From Desulfobacteraceae bacterium (GTDB lineage Bacteria > Desulfobacterota > Desulfobacteria > Desulfobacterales > JAABRJ01), in NCBI GenBank assembly GCA_022340425.1, contig JAJDNY010000161.1:14451-78450 (forward strand): 64,000 nucleotides of DNA, written 5' to 3'. The notes under the pieces were generated by a model. That model did not search any database and was not told the DNA's origin. It saw nothing but the letters and a program-made list of their open reading frames with translations. Each line of letters begins with the position of its first letter. Positions within the stretch are counted from its first letter, which is position 1. The translations under genes and the position numbers were made by a program. This document shows, in pieces, positions 37,041 through 47,029 of this stretch.

Positions 37041-39530
37041 TCAGCTCCTTCTGCCTTGTGGCACGGCGGCGTGCGGGTCTTCCGTGCGCCGGATGTGTCC
37101 CAGGGGGATCCGGGTGCCGGATGGCCCCAATAGCTGCCAGTTGAGGTCGCGGTGGCGCGGCACCACCAGGACGCCGGGGGCCATGTGGGCGCACACCGCG
37201 AGGGTGGCCTCGAAACAGCCGCCGGCGGCATTGACCACCAGCCGGTCGCCGCTGGCAAGCCCCAGGGCCTCGGCCGACTGGGGGCCAAGGGCGACCCGCG
37301 GCGGTTGTTCCAGGGCCTGCAGCGGCGGCGACAGGGCCGAAAGGGTCTCGGTGCCGAAGGTTTGCTGGGTCAAGAGGATTGTCAGGCCGTCAGGTCCCGC
37401 GGCCGCCGGCTCTCCGGTGGGTGAGGTGAACGGGGCGGCCCCGCCAAGGGGCAGGCGGATACCCTCGAGCGGCAGGGCGGCCGGCCGGGGCAGGTTGGCA
37501 AACTCCGGCAGGACCTCGGCAATACAGGCGGCGAGGTTGCCGACATCGGCGGCCCGGGCGTCGCCTGCCAGCTGCGTCAGGAAACGCCAGGCAGGGGTCG
37601 GCTCGCCGCCGGGCAGGCCTGCGGCATAGTCCCGGGGGGGATGGCCGCCGGCACCGCTTTGGGCGACGGGGATGCCGCCGGTCAGCACCGGCTGCGCCCA
37701 CTGGACGCGCCCCTCCTGGTTGACCAGGATGCCGCCGGCTTCGAAAATCGTGGCGGTCGGCAGCAGCACCTGGGCCCGGGCGGCGCTGACGCTGGACAGA
37801 TGGTCCAGCACCACCAGCAGTTCCAGCTGCGCCAGGGCGCGCTCCAGGCGCGGCCGGTCGGGGAAGTCGCTCAAGGGGTCGGCCTCCACCACCACCAGGG
37901 CCGTGATGCGGCCGGCTTCGATGGCCTCCAAAAGGGCCTCCAGCGAGGCCCCGGGAGGCGAGACGCGCGCGGCGGCGAAGGCGCCGGCGCCGGGCAGGAG
38001 GTAGAAAAGACCGCAGCGCTCGCGGCCGACGGCCAGCAGCCGGGCGCAGTCGGCGGCCAAAGCGGGCAGGGCCGCGGGCACCGTCTCGGTGCCGCAGACG
38101 ATCAGCGGGCGGCGGCTCTCAGCCAGGACGTTCGCCGCAGCCGGTCCGGAGGCGGCCGGCAGGGCCTGCCAGAACGCACGCGGCAGGTCGCCCAGCGCCT
38201 GCGCCGCGCCGGCGGGCAGGGCGTCTTTGACCGCAGCGCCCAGGAAGGCGGCCAGGGCCTCGGGCGGCAGGGGGAGGTGCTGAAATGCCAGCGGCAGCCG
38301 CACCGGTCGCGGGTCGGCCACCAGGATGGGGGCGCCCCGGCGCTGGGCCTGGCGCAGGGCGAGGGCCAGCATCGGGGCCTCGTTCAAGGGGTCGGCGCCC
38401 ACGACGATCACGGCATCCGCATCTTCGATTTCTCCCAGCGAGGTCGCCAGCTCGGGGCTAAGGCCGGCGACGGCTGCCGCCACCCGCGCGGCCAGCCCGG
38501 CGCTGTTGAAAAAGGCCGGCGGCCGCCAGCCGCTTGCGCGGCACAGCCGCGCCAGAAAGGCCTGGGTTTCCAGGCTGCTGCGCAGCCCGCCCAGGGTCCC
38601 GATGGCATCCGGGCCGGCGCTCCGGGCGATGCGACCCAGCTCTTGCCGGACAAATGCGACCGCTTCCGGTAGGGGCTTGACCGCCTCCCCCACCCGGGCC
38701 TGGCGGGGGCGCCGCGGGTGGTCGGCGTAGGAAAAACCGTAGCGGCCGCGGTCGCAGATGAAGTGACCGTTGACCGCCGGGTTGCAGCCGGCCTCCTGGC
38801 GCACGGTCTGGCGGTAGCGGGCGCTGGCGACGGTGCGGCAGCCCAGGCTGCAGTGCAGGCAGACCGAGGGGGCGCGCTGGTAGTCCCAGCGCCGTCCGAA
38901 GTAGCGCGACGGCTTGTCGGTGAAGACCCCGGTGGGGCAGATGTCGATCAGGTTACCGGCAAACGGGCTCTCTAGCGGGCCGTCGGCGAAGCGGCCGAAA
39001 TAGACCCGGTTGGCGATCTGCATCGCCCCCAGGTCGAAGCAGCCGGCAAACTCCTGGTAGAAGCGCACGCAGCGGTAGCAGTGGATGCAGCGGTTCATCT
39101 CGTGCCGCACCAGGGGGCCGAGGTCCTGGTCGGGGTAGGTGCGTTTGGCGCCGCGGTAGCGCCGCAGGCCGTGGCCGCCGGAGATCGTCGTGTCCTGCAG
39201 CAGGCAGTGGCCGCCCTCGTCGCAGACCGGGCAGTCATGGGGGTGATGGAGCATCAGCCACTCGATTACCTGCCGGCGGAAGTCCACCGCCTCAGGATCG
39301 GTGGTGGAGACCACCATCCCGTCCAGGGCCGTCACCATGCAGCTCATCTGGATGCCCGCCACCGGCCCGGCCAGGAACTTCACCGCGCACACCCGGCAGG
39401 CGCCCACGGACCCCAGGGCGGGGTGGAAGCAGAAGCGCGGGATCATGATGCCCAGCTTTTCCGCGGCCTCAATGACCTTGGTTCCCGCCGGAACCTCGAC
39501 TTCCTGGTTGTCGATAACGAGTGTGGGCAT
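37041..39530 (-). CDS. nuoG: NADH-quinone oxidoreductase subunit G
   Basis: 829 aa. N-terminal 2Fe-2S 'CFHPALGSVGACRVC', 'HPHDCPVCDEGGHC', 'CIHCYRCVRF', and a molybdopterin-oxidoreductase-like C-terminal region. Confidence 0.92.
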   Translation of the reverse strand: MPTLVIDNQEVEVPAGTKVIEAAEKLGIMIPRFCFHPALGSVGACRVCAVKFLAGPVAGIQMSCMVTALDGMVVSTTDPEAVDFRRQVIEWLMLHHPHDCPVCDEGGHCLLQDTTISGGHGLRRYRGAKRTYPDQDLGPLVRHEMNRCIHCYRCVRFYQEFAGCFDLGAMQIANRVYFGRFADGPLESPFAGNLIDICPTGVFTDKPSRYFGRRWDYQRAPSVCLHCSLGCRTVASARYRQTVRQEAGCNPAVNGHFICDRGRYGFSYADHPRRPRQARVGEAVKPLPEAVAFVRQELGRIARSAGPDAIGTLGGLRSSLETQAFLARLCRASGWRPPAFFNSAGLAARVAAAVAGLSPELATSLGEIEDADAVIVVGADPLNEAPMLALALRQAQRRGAPILVADPRPVRLPLAFQHLPLPPEALAAFLGAAVKDALPAGAAQALGDLPRAFWQALPAASGPAAANVLAESRRPLIVCGTETVPAALPALAADCARLLAVGRERCGLFYLLPGAGAFAAARVSPPGASLEALLEAIEAGRITALVVVEADPLSDFPDRPRLERALAQLELLVVLDHLSSVSAARAQVLLPTATIFEAGGILVNQEGRVQWAQPVLTGGIPVAQSGAGGHPPRDYAAGLPGGEPTPAWRFLTQLAGDARAADVGNLAACIAEVLPEFANLPRPAALPLEGIRLPLGGAAPFTSPTGEPAAAGPDGLTILLTQQTFGTETLSALSPPLQALEQPPRVALGPQSAEALGLASGDRLVVNAAGGCFEATLAVCAHMAPGVLVVPRHRDLNWQLLGPSGTRIPLGHIRRTEDPHAAVPQGRRS

Positions 39531-39582
39531 CGCAAGGGCTCGGTTTCGCCGGCGGCGGGCGCGCCGCCGGCCGGGATCGTTT

Positions 39583-40872
39583 TCAGCGCACCCGGAAAGG
39601 GCAGCGGCCCAGCCGGATATGGGCCTGGACCTCGTCTTCGAAATAGGTCAGCAAACTCTCCAGGGGCGAGGCCGCGCCGGGTGCGAAGGCGCAATAGGCC
39701 TTCCAGAGGTGCGCGGCCATGGCCTGCAGCATGGCGATGAATTCGGGTTCCCCGCGGCCGTCTTCGATCCGTTCCAGCAGGTCGCGGATGTAGGGCAGGC
39801 CCTCGCGGCAGGGGGTGCACCAGCCGCAGGACTCGCGGGCGAAGAAAGTGATCAGGTTGAGGGTCGCTGCCACCAGGCAGGTCTTGTGGTCGAAGACCAT
39901 GATGGCGCCGGTGCCCAGCCGGTGCCCGGCCTGGCGCAGGGATTCGAAGTCCATTGGGAGGTCGTAGAATTCCCGCGGCAAAAAGCGCGTGGAGGCCCCC
40001 CCGGGCAGGCAGGCCTTGAACTCGGAGCCCGGCAGCATCCCGCCGGCATGGGTTTCGATGATTTCCCGCAGCGGCACCCCCATGGGCAGCTCGAAGCAGC
40101 CCGGTTTGCGGACCTTGCCGCTCACGCAGAAAATCTTGGTGCCCGCGCCGGTCTCGGTCAGGGCCAGCGCTTTGAACCACTCCGGCCCGTTGCGGATGAT
40201 GGGGGCCACGCAGGCCAGGGTCTCGACGTTCTGCAGGACGGTGGGCTGTCCCCAGAGGCCCTTTTCGGTGGGGTAGGGAGGCGGCTGCTTGGGGTTGGGG
40301 CGTCGGCCCATCAGGGCGTTCAACTGGGCGCTGCCCTCGCCGCATATATAGCGGCCGCCGCTGCGGTGAACCACGATGTCGAAGTCGAAGCCGCTGCCCA
40401 GGATGTCGGCTCCCAGCAGCCCGGCCCGGCGCGCCACCCCGGTCTCACGTTCCAGGATGCGGGCCGCGCTCTCGTATTCCGGCCGGATGAAGACGATCCC
40501 GTGGCATGCGCCCTCGGCAAAGGCCGTGAGGGTCATGCCCTCGATCAGGAGATGGGGGTCGGCGTGGATCAGGACCCGGTCCTTGAACGTCCCGGGCTCC
40601 ATCTCGTCGGCGTTGCAGACCAGGTAGCGCGGGTGGGGGGCGTCGTCGGCCACCGTCATCAGTTTGCGGCCGGTGGGGAAGGCGGCGCCGCCGCGGCCCT
40701 GGAGCATGGCCTCCAGGATCTGCTGGCGCACCTTCTGGGGCGACAGGTTGTTCAGTGCCGTTTGGAGCGCCTCGTAGCCGCTGCTTTGGCGGTATTCTTC
40801 GAGGGTCGCGATCCGGTCCGGCTGCCGGTTGCGAAAAAGAACCTGGGGATACGGGGCGTCCGCCGGGCTCAT
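39583..40872 (-). CDS. nuoF: NADH-quinone oxidoreductase subunit F
   Basis: ORF 39583..41427 trimmed to ATG 40872. FMN/NADH motifs 'GRGGAAFPTGRK' and 'NADEMEPGTFKDR'; cluster N3 'ESCGWCTPCREG'. 4-nt overlap with nuoE. Confidence 0.93.
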   Translation of the reverse strand: MSPADAPYPQVLFRNRQPDRIATLEEYRQSSGYEALQTALNNLSPQKVRQQILEAMLQGRGGAAFPTGRKLMTVADDAPHPRYLVCNADEMEPGTFKDRVLIHADPHLLIEGMTLTAFAEGACHGIVFIRPEYESAARILERETGVARRAGLLGADILGSGFDFDIVVHRSGGRYICGEGSAQLNALMGRRPNPKQPPPYPTEKGLWGQPTVLQNVETLACVAPIIRNGPEWFKALALTETGAGTKIFCVSGKVRKPGCFELPMGVPLREIIETHAGGMLPGSEFKACLPGGASTRFLPREFYDLPMDFESLRQAGHRLGTGAIMVFDHKTCLVAATLNLITFFARESCGWCTPCREGLPYIRDLLERIEDGRGEPEFIAMLQAMAAHLWKAYCAFAPGAASPLESLLTYFEDEVQAHIRLGRCPFRVR

Positions 40873-41369
40873 GGGACCGCCTCCACCGCTGCGGTCTCCT
40901 GACCCCTGCTTTTCAGCCGCTCCAGCAGGGCGTCGAGGCTTTCCGGTGTCAACGGGCCATAGACCCGCTGGTTGACCAAGATCGCCGGCGACCGATCGCA
41001 GTAGCCGATGCAGCAGACCGGCAGGAGGGTGAAGAGGCCGTCGGGGGTGGTTTCCCCCATGGCGATCCCCAGCCGGCGGGACAGATGGGCGGCCAGCGAG
41101 TCGGCCCCGTTCATCCAGCAGATCACGCTGTCGCAGACGTGGATCACGTAGCGTCCCACCGGTTCGCGGTAGATGAAGGTGTAGAAGGTGGCCAGCTCCT
41201 CGATTTCCAGCGGGGTCATCCGGAGCAGTTCGGCCGCCGCGGCCACGGCCTCGTCGCTGAGGTAGCCGACCTGCGCCTGAAGGGCCAGCATGACGTCCAC
41301 CACCAGCTCGCGCGGGTGGGCGGCGGCGATTTTGGCCTTGAGCGCTTCTGTGAGGGATGTCGGCAGCAT
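40869..41369 (-). CDS. nuoE: NADH-quinone oxidoreductase subunit E
   Basis: ORF 40869..41603 trimmed to ATG 41369. 2Fe-2S thioredoxin-like motifs 'HVCDSVICW' and 'CCIGYCDRSP'. Confidence 0.9.
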   Translation of the reverse strand: MLPTSLTEALKAKIAAAHPRELVVDVMLALQAQVGYLSDEAVAAAAELLRMTPLEIEELATFYTFIYREPVGRYVIHVCDSVICWMNGADSLAAHLSRRLGIAMGETTPDGLFTLLPVCCIGYCDRSPAILVNQRVYGPLTPESLDALLERLKSRGQETAAVEAVP

Positions 41370-41377
41370 GCGGCGTC

Positions 41378-43765
41378 CTAACGGTCGATGTCCGGCAGAA
41401 TATAGTCCAGTGACCCGATGACGGCAATCAGGTCGGCGATGCTGGCGCCCACCGCCAGCCGCGGCATGACCTGCACGTTGGCGAAGCCCGGTGAGCGGAT
41501 GTGCAGCCGGTAGGGGTAGCCCAGGCCGTCGCTGACCACGTAGTAGCCCTGCTCGCCGCGGGGAATTTCGCAGGCCGCGTAGGCCTCGCCGCGGGGTATG
41601 CACGGCCCGCGGGTGACGTTGACGAAGTGGTGGATCAGGCTCTCGATATCGTGCAGCATGTCCTCGCGGCGGGGGATCGTGTAGCGGTAGTCGTCGCTGA
41701 CGTGGCGGCCCGCGGGCATCAGGGCCGCCGCCTGGGCGATGATCCGCAGGCTCTGGCGCATCTCGGCCAGCCGCACCTGGTAGCGGGCGTAGCAGTCGCC
41801 CTCGGTGGCGGTGGGAATTTCGAAGGTGAAATTCTCGTAGCCCGAGTAGGGGAACTGTTTGCGCAGGTCCCAGGCCAGCCCGCAGGCGCGCAGGTTGGGC
41901 CCGCTGACCCCCCAGTCGATGGCCTCGTCCAGCGAGATCCGGCCGATGCCCTCGGTGCGGGCGCGGAAAATGGGGTTGCGCGTGGTGAGGGTCTCATACT
42001 CCCTGAGACGCTCGGGGAAGATCCGGACGAAGGCTTCCAGCGGCGCGCGCCAACCGGCCGGGAGGTCGGCGGCGACCCCGCCGATCCGGAACCAGGAGGG
42101 GTGCAGGCGGCCGCCGGTGATGGTTTCCACGATGTCAAGAATCATCTCGCGCTCGCGGAAGGCGTAGAAATTGGGCCCCATGGCGCCCAAATCGTGGGCG
42201 AAGGTGGCGAACCAGACCAGGTGGTTGCTGAGCCGGAAGAGTTCGCTGATCAGCACCCGGATCACCTGGGCGCGTTCGGGGACCGTGATCCCGGCCAGGG
42301 TTTCCACCGCCAGCAGGTAGGGCAGGTTGTTGGCCGCCCCGGCCAGGTAGTCCACGCGGTCGGTGTAGGGGATGAACTGGTGCCAGGTCTGGCGTTCGGC
42401 GATTTTCTCGGCCGCGCGGTGGTGGTAGCCGATGTCCATCTCAAGCGCTGTGATCTCCTCGCCGTCCAGCTCCAGGACGTAGCGCAGCAGCCCGTGGGTG
42501 CTGACGTGGTGCGGCCCGACGTTGAGCAGCAGGCGCTGGACGCTTTTCTCCTTGATGAACAGGCCGGCATCCAGGGGCTGGTGGCGGACGGCGTCGGTTC
42601 GGGTGTAAGGCGGCATTTCGGTGGCGCGCCCCGGGTGGCACTTGCGCAGCGGGTGGCCCTGCCAGTCGTGGGGCATGATCAGCCGGCGCAGGTTGGGGTG
42701 GCCGTCGAAGTGCACGCCCATGAGGTCGAAGACCTCGCGCTCGTACCAGTTGGCCGAGGGCCAGATGTCGGTCACCGTGGGGCTGTGGGGGGCGTCGCCC
42801 CGCAGGGGCACCTTGAGCCGCAGGCGGCCGGCGGGCTCAAACGACAGCAGTTGGTAGACCAGGGTGAAATCGGCGTCGGCGGCCGTTCGCCGGCGGGCGG
42901 ATTCGTCCACCGCGGTGAGGTCATCCAGCCGGCGGAAGCGCTGCCGGGCCTCGGTTTTCAGGTAGCGCAGGACCTCTTTGAGCCGGTCGGCGGGGATTTC
43001 GAAGGTGGGGATGTCGCTGCTCCGGGGGGCCGGCCGGAGCGCCTCGCCGAAGCGCGCTCGCAGATCCGCGGCCAGATCCTGCTGGGCTTCCGTCAGGGTG
43101 ATGGTCGCGGCCGGCGGGGTCCACATGAGGTCGCAGCGGCTGTCGAAAAAGGCCGGCGGGGTCGCGTCGCTGCCGCGGATGGCGCTGCCGACCATGCCCG
43201 GGCCGCGGGGGTCGCGGCTTTTGGTGAGCCCGTCGACCCTGACCGGCGTGGCGGTACCCTGACTGCCGCCCCGGAGGTGAAACACCGCGGCTGCCGGGCG
43301 CTCCTCGCGCACGATTTTCTCCTGGAGGACCACCAGCCCCTTGAGCACCGCCTCCGGCCGGGGCGGGCAGCCGGGAATGTAGACATCCACCGGCAAAATC
43401 TGGTCGATTCCCTGGACCACGCTGTAGGCGTCGTACATCCCGCCGCAATTGGAACAGGAGCCCATCGAGATCACCCAGCGGGGTTCGGCCATCTGCTCGT
43501 AGAGGCGCAGCACCACCGGGGCGATTTTCTTGAAAACGGTGCCCGAGATGATCAGCAGATCCGCCTGGCGCGGCGAGGGGCGCAGGACCTCGGCGCCGAA
43601 GCGCGCCAGGTCGTAGCGCGCGGTGAAGGCCGTGGCCTCCTCGACGAAACAGCAGGACAGGCCGAAAAACATGGGCCACAGGCTGTTCTTGCGGGCCCAG
43701 TTGATCAGCAGGTCGGCGCGGCTCAGCAGTCGTTCTCGGCGTTCTTGCGGGGTGTCGGCCCCCAC
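41378..43765 (-). CDS. nuoBCD: Fused NADH-quinone oxidoreductase subunits B/C/D
   Basis: Single ORF carrying NuoB ('GLSCCFVE', 'GSCSNCGG', 'IPGCPPRPE'), NuoC ('[18 protein letters not shown]') and NuoD ('[14 protein letters not shown]', 'HPSWFRIGG'). Start is GTG 43783 or GTG 43765; the latter has a GGGAGGG RBS and is used here. Confidence 0.92.
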   Translation of the reverse strand: MGADTPQERRERLLSRADLLINWARKNSLWPMFFGLSCCFVEEATAFTARYDLARFGAEVLRPSPRQADLLIISGTVFKKIAPVVLRLYEQMAEPRWVISMGSCSNCGGMYDAYSVVQGIDQILPVDVYIPGCPPRPEAVLKGLVVLQEKIVREERPAAAVFHLRGGSQGTATPVRVDGLTKSRDPRGPGMVGSAIRGSDATPPAFFDSRCDLMWTPPAATITLTEAQQDLAADLRARFGEALRPAPRSSDIPTFEIPADRLKEVLRYLKTEARQRFRRLDDLTAVDESARRRTAADADFTLVYQLLSFEPAGRLRLKVPLRGDAPHSPTVTDIWPSANWYEREVFDLMGVHFDGHPNLRRLIMPHDWQGHPLRKCHPGRATEMPPYTRTDAVRHQPLDAGLFIKEKSVQRLLLNVGPHHVSTHGLLRYVLELDGEEITALEMDIGYHHRAAEKIAERQTWHQFIPYTDRVDYLAGAANNLPYLLAVETLAGITVPERAQVIRVLISELFRLSNHLVWFATFAHDLGAMGPNFYAFREREMILDIVETITGGRLHPSWFRIGGVAADLPAGWRAPLEAFVRIFPERLREYETLTTRNPIFRARTEGIGRISLDEAIDWGVSGPNLRACGLAWDLRKQFPYSGYENFTFEIPTATEGDCYARYQVRLAEMRQSLRIIAQAAALMPAGRHVSDDYRYTIPRREDMLHDIESLIHHFVNVTRGPCIPRGEAYAACEIPRGEQGYYVVSDGLGYPYRLHIRSPGFANVQVMPRLAVGASIADLIAVIGSLDYILPDIDR

Positions 43766-44145
43766 TCCAACCCTCCCTTGCACCAGACGTAGGCGAGGCC
43801 TATCAGCAGCAGAATGATGAAAAAAGAGATCTGCAGCCAGCCCTCCCAGCCCAGTTGCTCCCAGGCCACGGCCCAGGAGAAAATGAAGGCCCCCTCGACA
43901 TCAAACAACAGGAAAAAAATGGCGACCAGGTAAAACGGCACCGGATAGCTCAGCCGTGCGGTTCCGGTGGGAATGATGCCGCTTTCGTAGGCGCGTGATT
44001 TTTCGCGGCCGATTTTTTGCTGGCCCAGCCAGGAGGAGAGAAAAAGGAGCACGGCCACCAGGGCCAAAACGATCAGCACAAACACGCTTAGGCTGAGAAC
44101 CCCCGGCTCCCAGGGGGACAGGGCCGCTTCGGGTGTCGGTTGCAT
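43723..44145 (-). CDS. nuoA: NADH-quinone oxidoreductase subunit A
   Basis: ORF trimmed to ATG 44145. 'KSRAYESGI' and '[19 protein letters not shown]' are NuoA/ND3 motifs. The 3' end overlaps the nuoBCD start. Confidence 0.9.
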   Translation of the reverse strand: MQPTPEAALSPWEPGVLSLSVFVLIVLALVAVLLFLSSWLGQQKIGREKSRAYESGIIPTGTARLSYPVPFYLVAIFFLLFDVEGAFIFSWAVAWEQLGWEGWLQISFFIILLLIGLAYVWCKGGLEWGPTPRKNAENDC

Positions 44146-44285
44146 CGGATCACTAGGCTGCTGGTAAATGCGGTTGGTGGATGGCGGCGACCTCAAAACA
44201 GCAATGTCGCGATGGGAGTTACCCTAATCGATTCCGCGGCAAAAGTAAAACCCAAAACGCGCCTCACGTCGCCCGGACGGCGCCC

Positions 44286-44313
44286 TTGACTTTTTCTCAT
44301 TCACTCATATTAT
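44286..44313 (+). promoter_or_regulatory. Candidate sigma-70 promoter
   Basis: TTGACT (44286-44291), 16-nt spacer, TATTAT (44308-44313), in the AT-richer divergent intergenic region. It lies about 230 nt upstream of ATG 44544. Confidence 0.4.
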
Positions 44314-44543
44314 CGTTTTGAGTCTCATTTTTAGGGTGCGGCAGGAAACCACGCCACCAGCTGACGTCGGATTTGAGACGGCCTACCATGCACACACCCT
44401 GCTGACTGCAGTAAAGTGAGCATGCGTAAACGACTTATCCGACGTACCAAAAGACCGGCGGGGGCGCCATCCCCTTTTTCTGCCAAGGCCCACAAGTCCC
44501 GCGGGTCGCCGTCGATCACGGCCCCCCAATCGAGGAGGTTGCC

Positions 44544-44924
44544 ATGGCTGCCAAGAGATCAAAACCGGTCAGTTTCAATGCGGTGGTGAAGTTTGCGCTG
44601 CAGCACTACCAGATCCCCACCAAAAAAGACATCGACAAGCTCAATGCCAAGCTCGATCAGCTCGAGGGGCTGATCCAGGGCTCGGTCCTCGGCGCACGGC
44701 GCGCTAAAGCCGGCCAGGCCCTGCCCGGCGGGGATGCGCCCCTGACGGCCTCCGACCGGGTGCTGGAGATCATCGCGGCTGCGCCGGAAGGGATCAGCTT
44801 TGCCGACATCAAGACCAAAACCCTCTACCCGGACAAAAAGCTGCGCAACATCGTCTTTCGCCTGAGCAAAATTAATAAAATCCGGCGCCTGGAACGGGGC
44901 GTTTACACCGTCATCCCGCAGTAG
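44544..44924 (+). CDS. Hypothetical protein (phasin-like N-terminal motif, possible winged-helix C-terminus)
   Basis: 126 aa. GAGGAGG RBS at 44531-44537. 'PTKKDIDKLNAKLDQLE' resembles the PHA-granule phasin/regulator motif (from memory). The C-terminus 'KLRNIVFRLSKINKIRRLERGVY' is wHTH-like. Confidence 0.6.
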   Translation: MAAKRSKPVSFNAVVKFALQHYQIPTKKDIDKLNAKLDQLEGLIQGSVLGARRAKAGQALPGGDAPLTASDRVLEIIAAAPEGISFADIKTKTLYPDKKLRNIVFRLSKINKIRRLERGVYTVIPQ

Positions 44925-45081
44925 GACCCGCCCGACGCCAACTGCGAAGGGCGAAGGCCTGAAAGCGGGCCCGCCACCCGCGACGGCCTTTGCGATTCAT
45001 GTATACAACCCCACACCGCACCTGCCCCGGCCGTTCCTCTCCGCTACTGGGCCTCTGCCGGAGGCGCACGCCCGCGCGCTA

Positions 45082-46653
45082 TCAGGGGGGCGCGCCGGTC
45101 GCCGCTGCGGCCGCTTTTTCAGCGCAGCGTTCGCCGTCAATTGCCGATGAAACGATGCCGCCGGCATAGCCTGCCCCCTCGCCGCAGGGGTAGAACCCCC
45201 GTACCTGGGGATGCTCCAAGGATTCCGGGTGGCGAGGGATTCTGACCGGGGAGGAGGTGCGGGATTCCACCGCCAGCAAAACCGCCTCGCGGGACAAAAA
45301 CCCCTTGAGCTGACGTCCGAAAATCCTGAAACCCTGCTGCAGACGGGTGGTGATCGGGGCCGGCAGCCAGGCGTGCAGCGGGGAGGACACCGCCCCCGGC
45401 AGGTAGGAGGTGGCCGGCAGGTCGCTGGAGTACCGGCCGGCCACGAAATCCGTCAGGCGTTGGGCGGGGGCGGTCTGGCCTTGCCGGCCGCCCTGCCGGA
45501 AGGCCTCCCGTTCCAGCGTCGCCTGGTAGTACAGGCCCGCCAGCTCAGGGGCGGTGTCCAGGCTGGGGATGTCGGCCAACCGGATTTCCACCACCATGCC
45601 GGCGTTTGCGTAGGGCGAGTTGCGTTTGGCGAACGACATGCCGTTGACCACAACCTCCCCGGGGCCGGTGGCGGCCGGAACGATGAAACCGCCCGGGCAC
45701 ATGCAGAAGGAGTAGATGCCGCGGCCCTCCACCTGGGTCACCAGGCGGTAGGTGGCCGGGGGCAGATAGGCTCCGCGCGGCTGTCCATGGTACTGGATGC
45801 GGTCGATCAGCGTCTGGGGGTGCTCCAGCCGGACGCCCATGGCAAAGGCCTTGGCTGTGATGGCAATCCCGGCGCGTTGGAGTTTGTGGTAGATGTCGCG
45901 GGCCGAATGCCCGGTGGCCAGGATGGTCGCGGCCGCCTTGAAAGTTCCGCCGCCCCGGCTCCTGACCCCCTGGATTTTTCCGGAGCGGATGATGAATTCC
46001 GTCAGCGGGGTCTCGAAATGGATTTCACCTCCGGCCGCCAGGATGGTCTCGCGGATGTTTTGGATGACCCTGGGAAGTTTGTTGGAGCCGATATGCGGCT
46101 GGGCTTCGAAGAGAATCTCCGCCGCGGCGCCGTGGTGGTGCAAAATGGTCAGGATCCGGCCCACATCCCCGCGCTTGTGGGAGCGGGTGTAGAGCTTGCC
46201 GTCCGAGAAGGCCCCGGCCCCGCCTTCCCCGAAGCCGTAGTTGGAGTCGGGGTCCAGGGTGTTTTGCCGCAGCAGGCGGGCGATGTCCTTGCGTCGGGTC
46301 TGCACCTCGCGGCCGCGCTCGATGATGACCGGCCGGCATCCCAGCTCCACCAGTCGCAGGGCCGCAAAGAGCCCGGCCGGGCCGGCGCCGACCACCAGCA
46401 CCGGCGGTTTGCCGTGGACGTCGGGATAGCTCAGCTGCGTGGGTGCCGAAGAGAACCCGGCGGGGTCGGTGGAGATCTCCAGCTCGAGGTTTACCCGGAT
46501 GCGCCGGGAACGGGCATCGATGGATCTGCGGGTTATCCGGACGGCGGTGATCTCCCCGGTCGCAAAACCCAGCTTGCGGGCGGCGATGGGAAGGTAGCGG
46601 TGCGGAGTGGCCGCTTCCCGGGGGGAGACCGTCAGCGCTACACGCTGGTGCAT
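45082..46653 (-). CDS. FAD-dependent oxidoreductase (COG2509-type uncharacterised dehydrogenase)
   Basis: 523 aa. 'VLVVGAGPAGLFAALRL' dinucleotide-binding motif, 'GEGGAGAFSDGKL', and the N-terminal 'RRSIDAR' motif typical of this family. Confidence 0.8.
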   Translation of the reverse strand: MHQRVALTVSPREAATPHRYLPIAARKLGFATGEITAVRITRRSIDARSRRIRVNLELEISTDPAGFSSAPTQLSYPDVHGKPPVLVVGAGPAGLFAALRLVELGCRPVIIERGREVQTRRKDIARLLRQNTLDPDSNYGFGEGGAGAFSDGKLYTRSHKRGDVGRILTILHHHGAAAEILFEAQPHIGSNKLPRVIQNIRETILAAGGEIHFETPLTEFIIRSGKIQGVRSRGGGTFKAAATILATGHSARDIYHKLQRAGIAITAKAFAMGVRLEHPQTLIDRIQYHGQPRGAYLPPATYRLVTQVEGRGIYSFCMCPGGFIVPAATGPGEVVVNGMSFAKRNSPYANAGMVVEIRLADIPSLDTAPELAGLYYQATLEREAFRQGGRQGQTAPAQRLTDFVAGRYSSDLPATSYLPGAVSSPLHAWLPAPITTRLQQGFRIFGRQLKGFLSREAVLLAVESRTSSPVRIPRHPESLEHPQVRGFYPCGEGAGYAGGIVSSAIDGERCAEKAAAAATGAPP

Positions 46654-46686
46654 GGGGGAGTCTCACACAAAAGTGGAGGTCCAGTG

Positions 46687-47022
46687 GTGAACCAAGAGAA
46701 CCGTGATGTCCCGGCCCCCGGCGCAATCCGCCTGGACCTTGCCCGGCACTGCATCCAAACCGCAATCAAACGCCGCTACGAGCGCAGCCTGGCGGTCAGT
46801 CTGCGGTCCGCCGAGAGTGCCGAGGCGCTCGCCGGGACGGTGGAGGCCCTGCGCCTTGCCCTGGAAACACTGGATTTTCCGAAGCTGCGGGCCGCCCACC
46901 CGGCCCTTGCCGGCGGCCGCGGCAACCGGGTGGAACTCGGGCGGGACGCCCACAACCGGCTGACACTCCTGATAGACGGGAGCCCCTTTCCCGTTATGCT
47001 GCGCGCCCAAGGGGGGCGCTGA
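46687..47022 (+). CDS. Hypothetical small protein (not listed separately in the ORF track)
   Basis: The 3' tail of the antisense ORF 45211..47022 stays open about 370 nt beyond the FAD gene. GTG at 46684/46687 follows GGAGG (46675-46679). By hand count third codon positions are the most GC-rich, first positions intermediate and second positions lowest. The translation looks protein-like ('SAESAEALAGTVEALRLALETL...LTLLIDGSPFPV'). Confidence 0.4.
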   Translation: MNQENRDVPAPGAIRLDLARHCIQTAIKRRYERSLAVSLRSAESAEALAGTVEALRLALETLDFPKLRAAHPALAGGRGNRVELGRDAHNRLTLLIDGSPFPVMLRAQGGR

Positions 47023-47029
47023 CGGCCTG

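Noticed and set aside
41501-43792. Very long plus-strand ORFs with no homology signal. Examples: 41501..43792 (763 aa), 49046..51220 (724 aa), 9983..11461 (492 aa), 831..2153 (440 aa), 17762..19066 (434 aa), 39301..40902 (533 aa), 58214..59458 and 60190..61458.
   Set aside because: Each lies exactly antisense to a gene with clear family motifs. In GC3-rich genes the sense codons that would create antisense stops (TTA, CTA, TCA) are rare, so long open antisense frames are expected. Their translations are Gly/Arg/Pro/Ala-rich, low-complexity junk.
46663-47010. Minus-strand 115-aa ORF that would fit neatly as an operon member between the DAC-like gene and the FAD oxidoreductase.
   Set aside because: It has a TTG start preceded by a C-run with no SD. 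Its translation is Gly/Gln/Pro-rich. Its codon-position GC pattern (highest at position 1) is the mirror image expected for the antisense of the plus-strand frame, which I prefer (low confidence).
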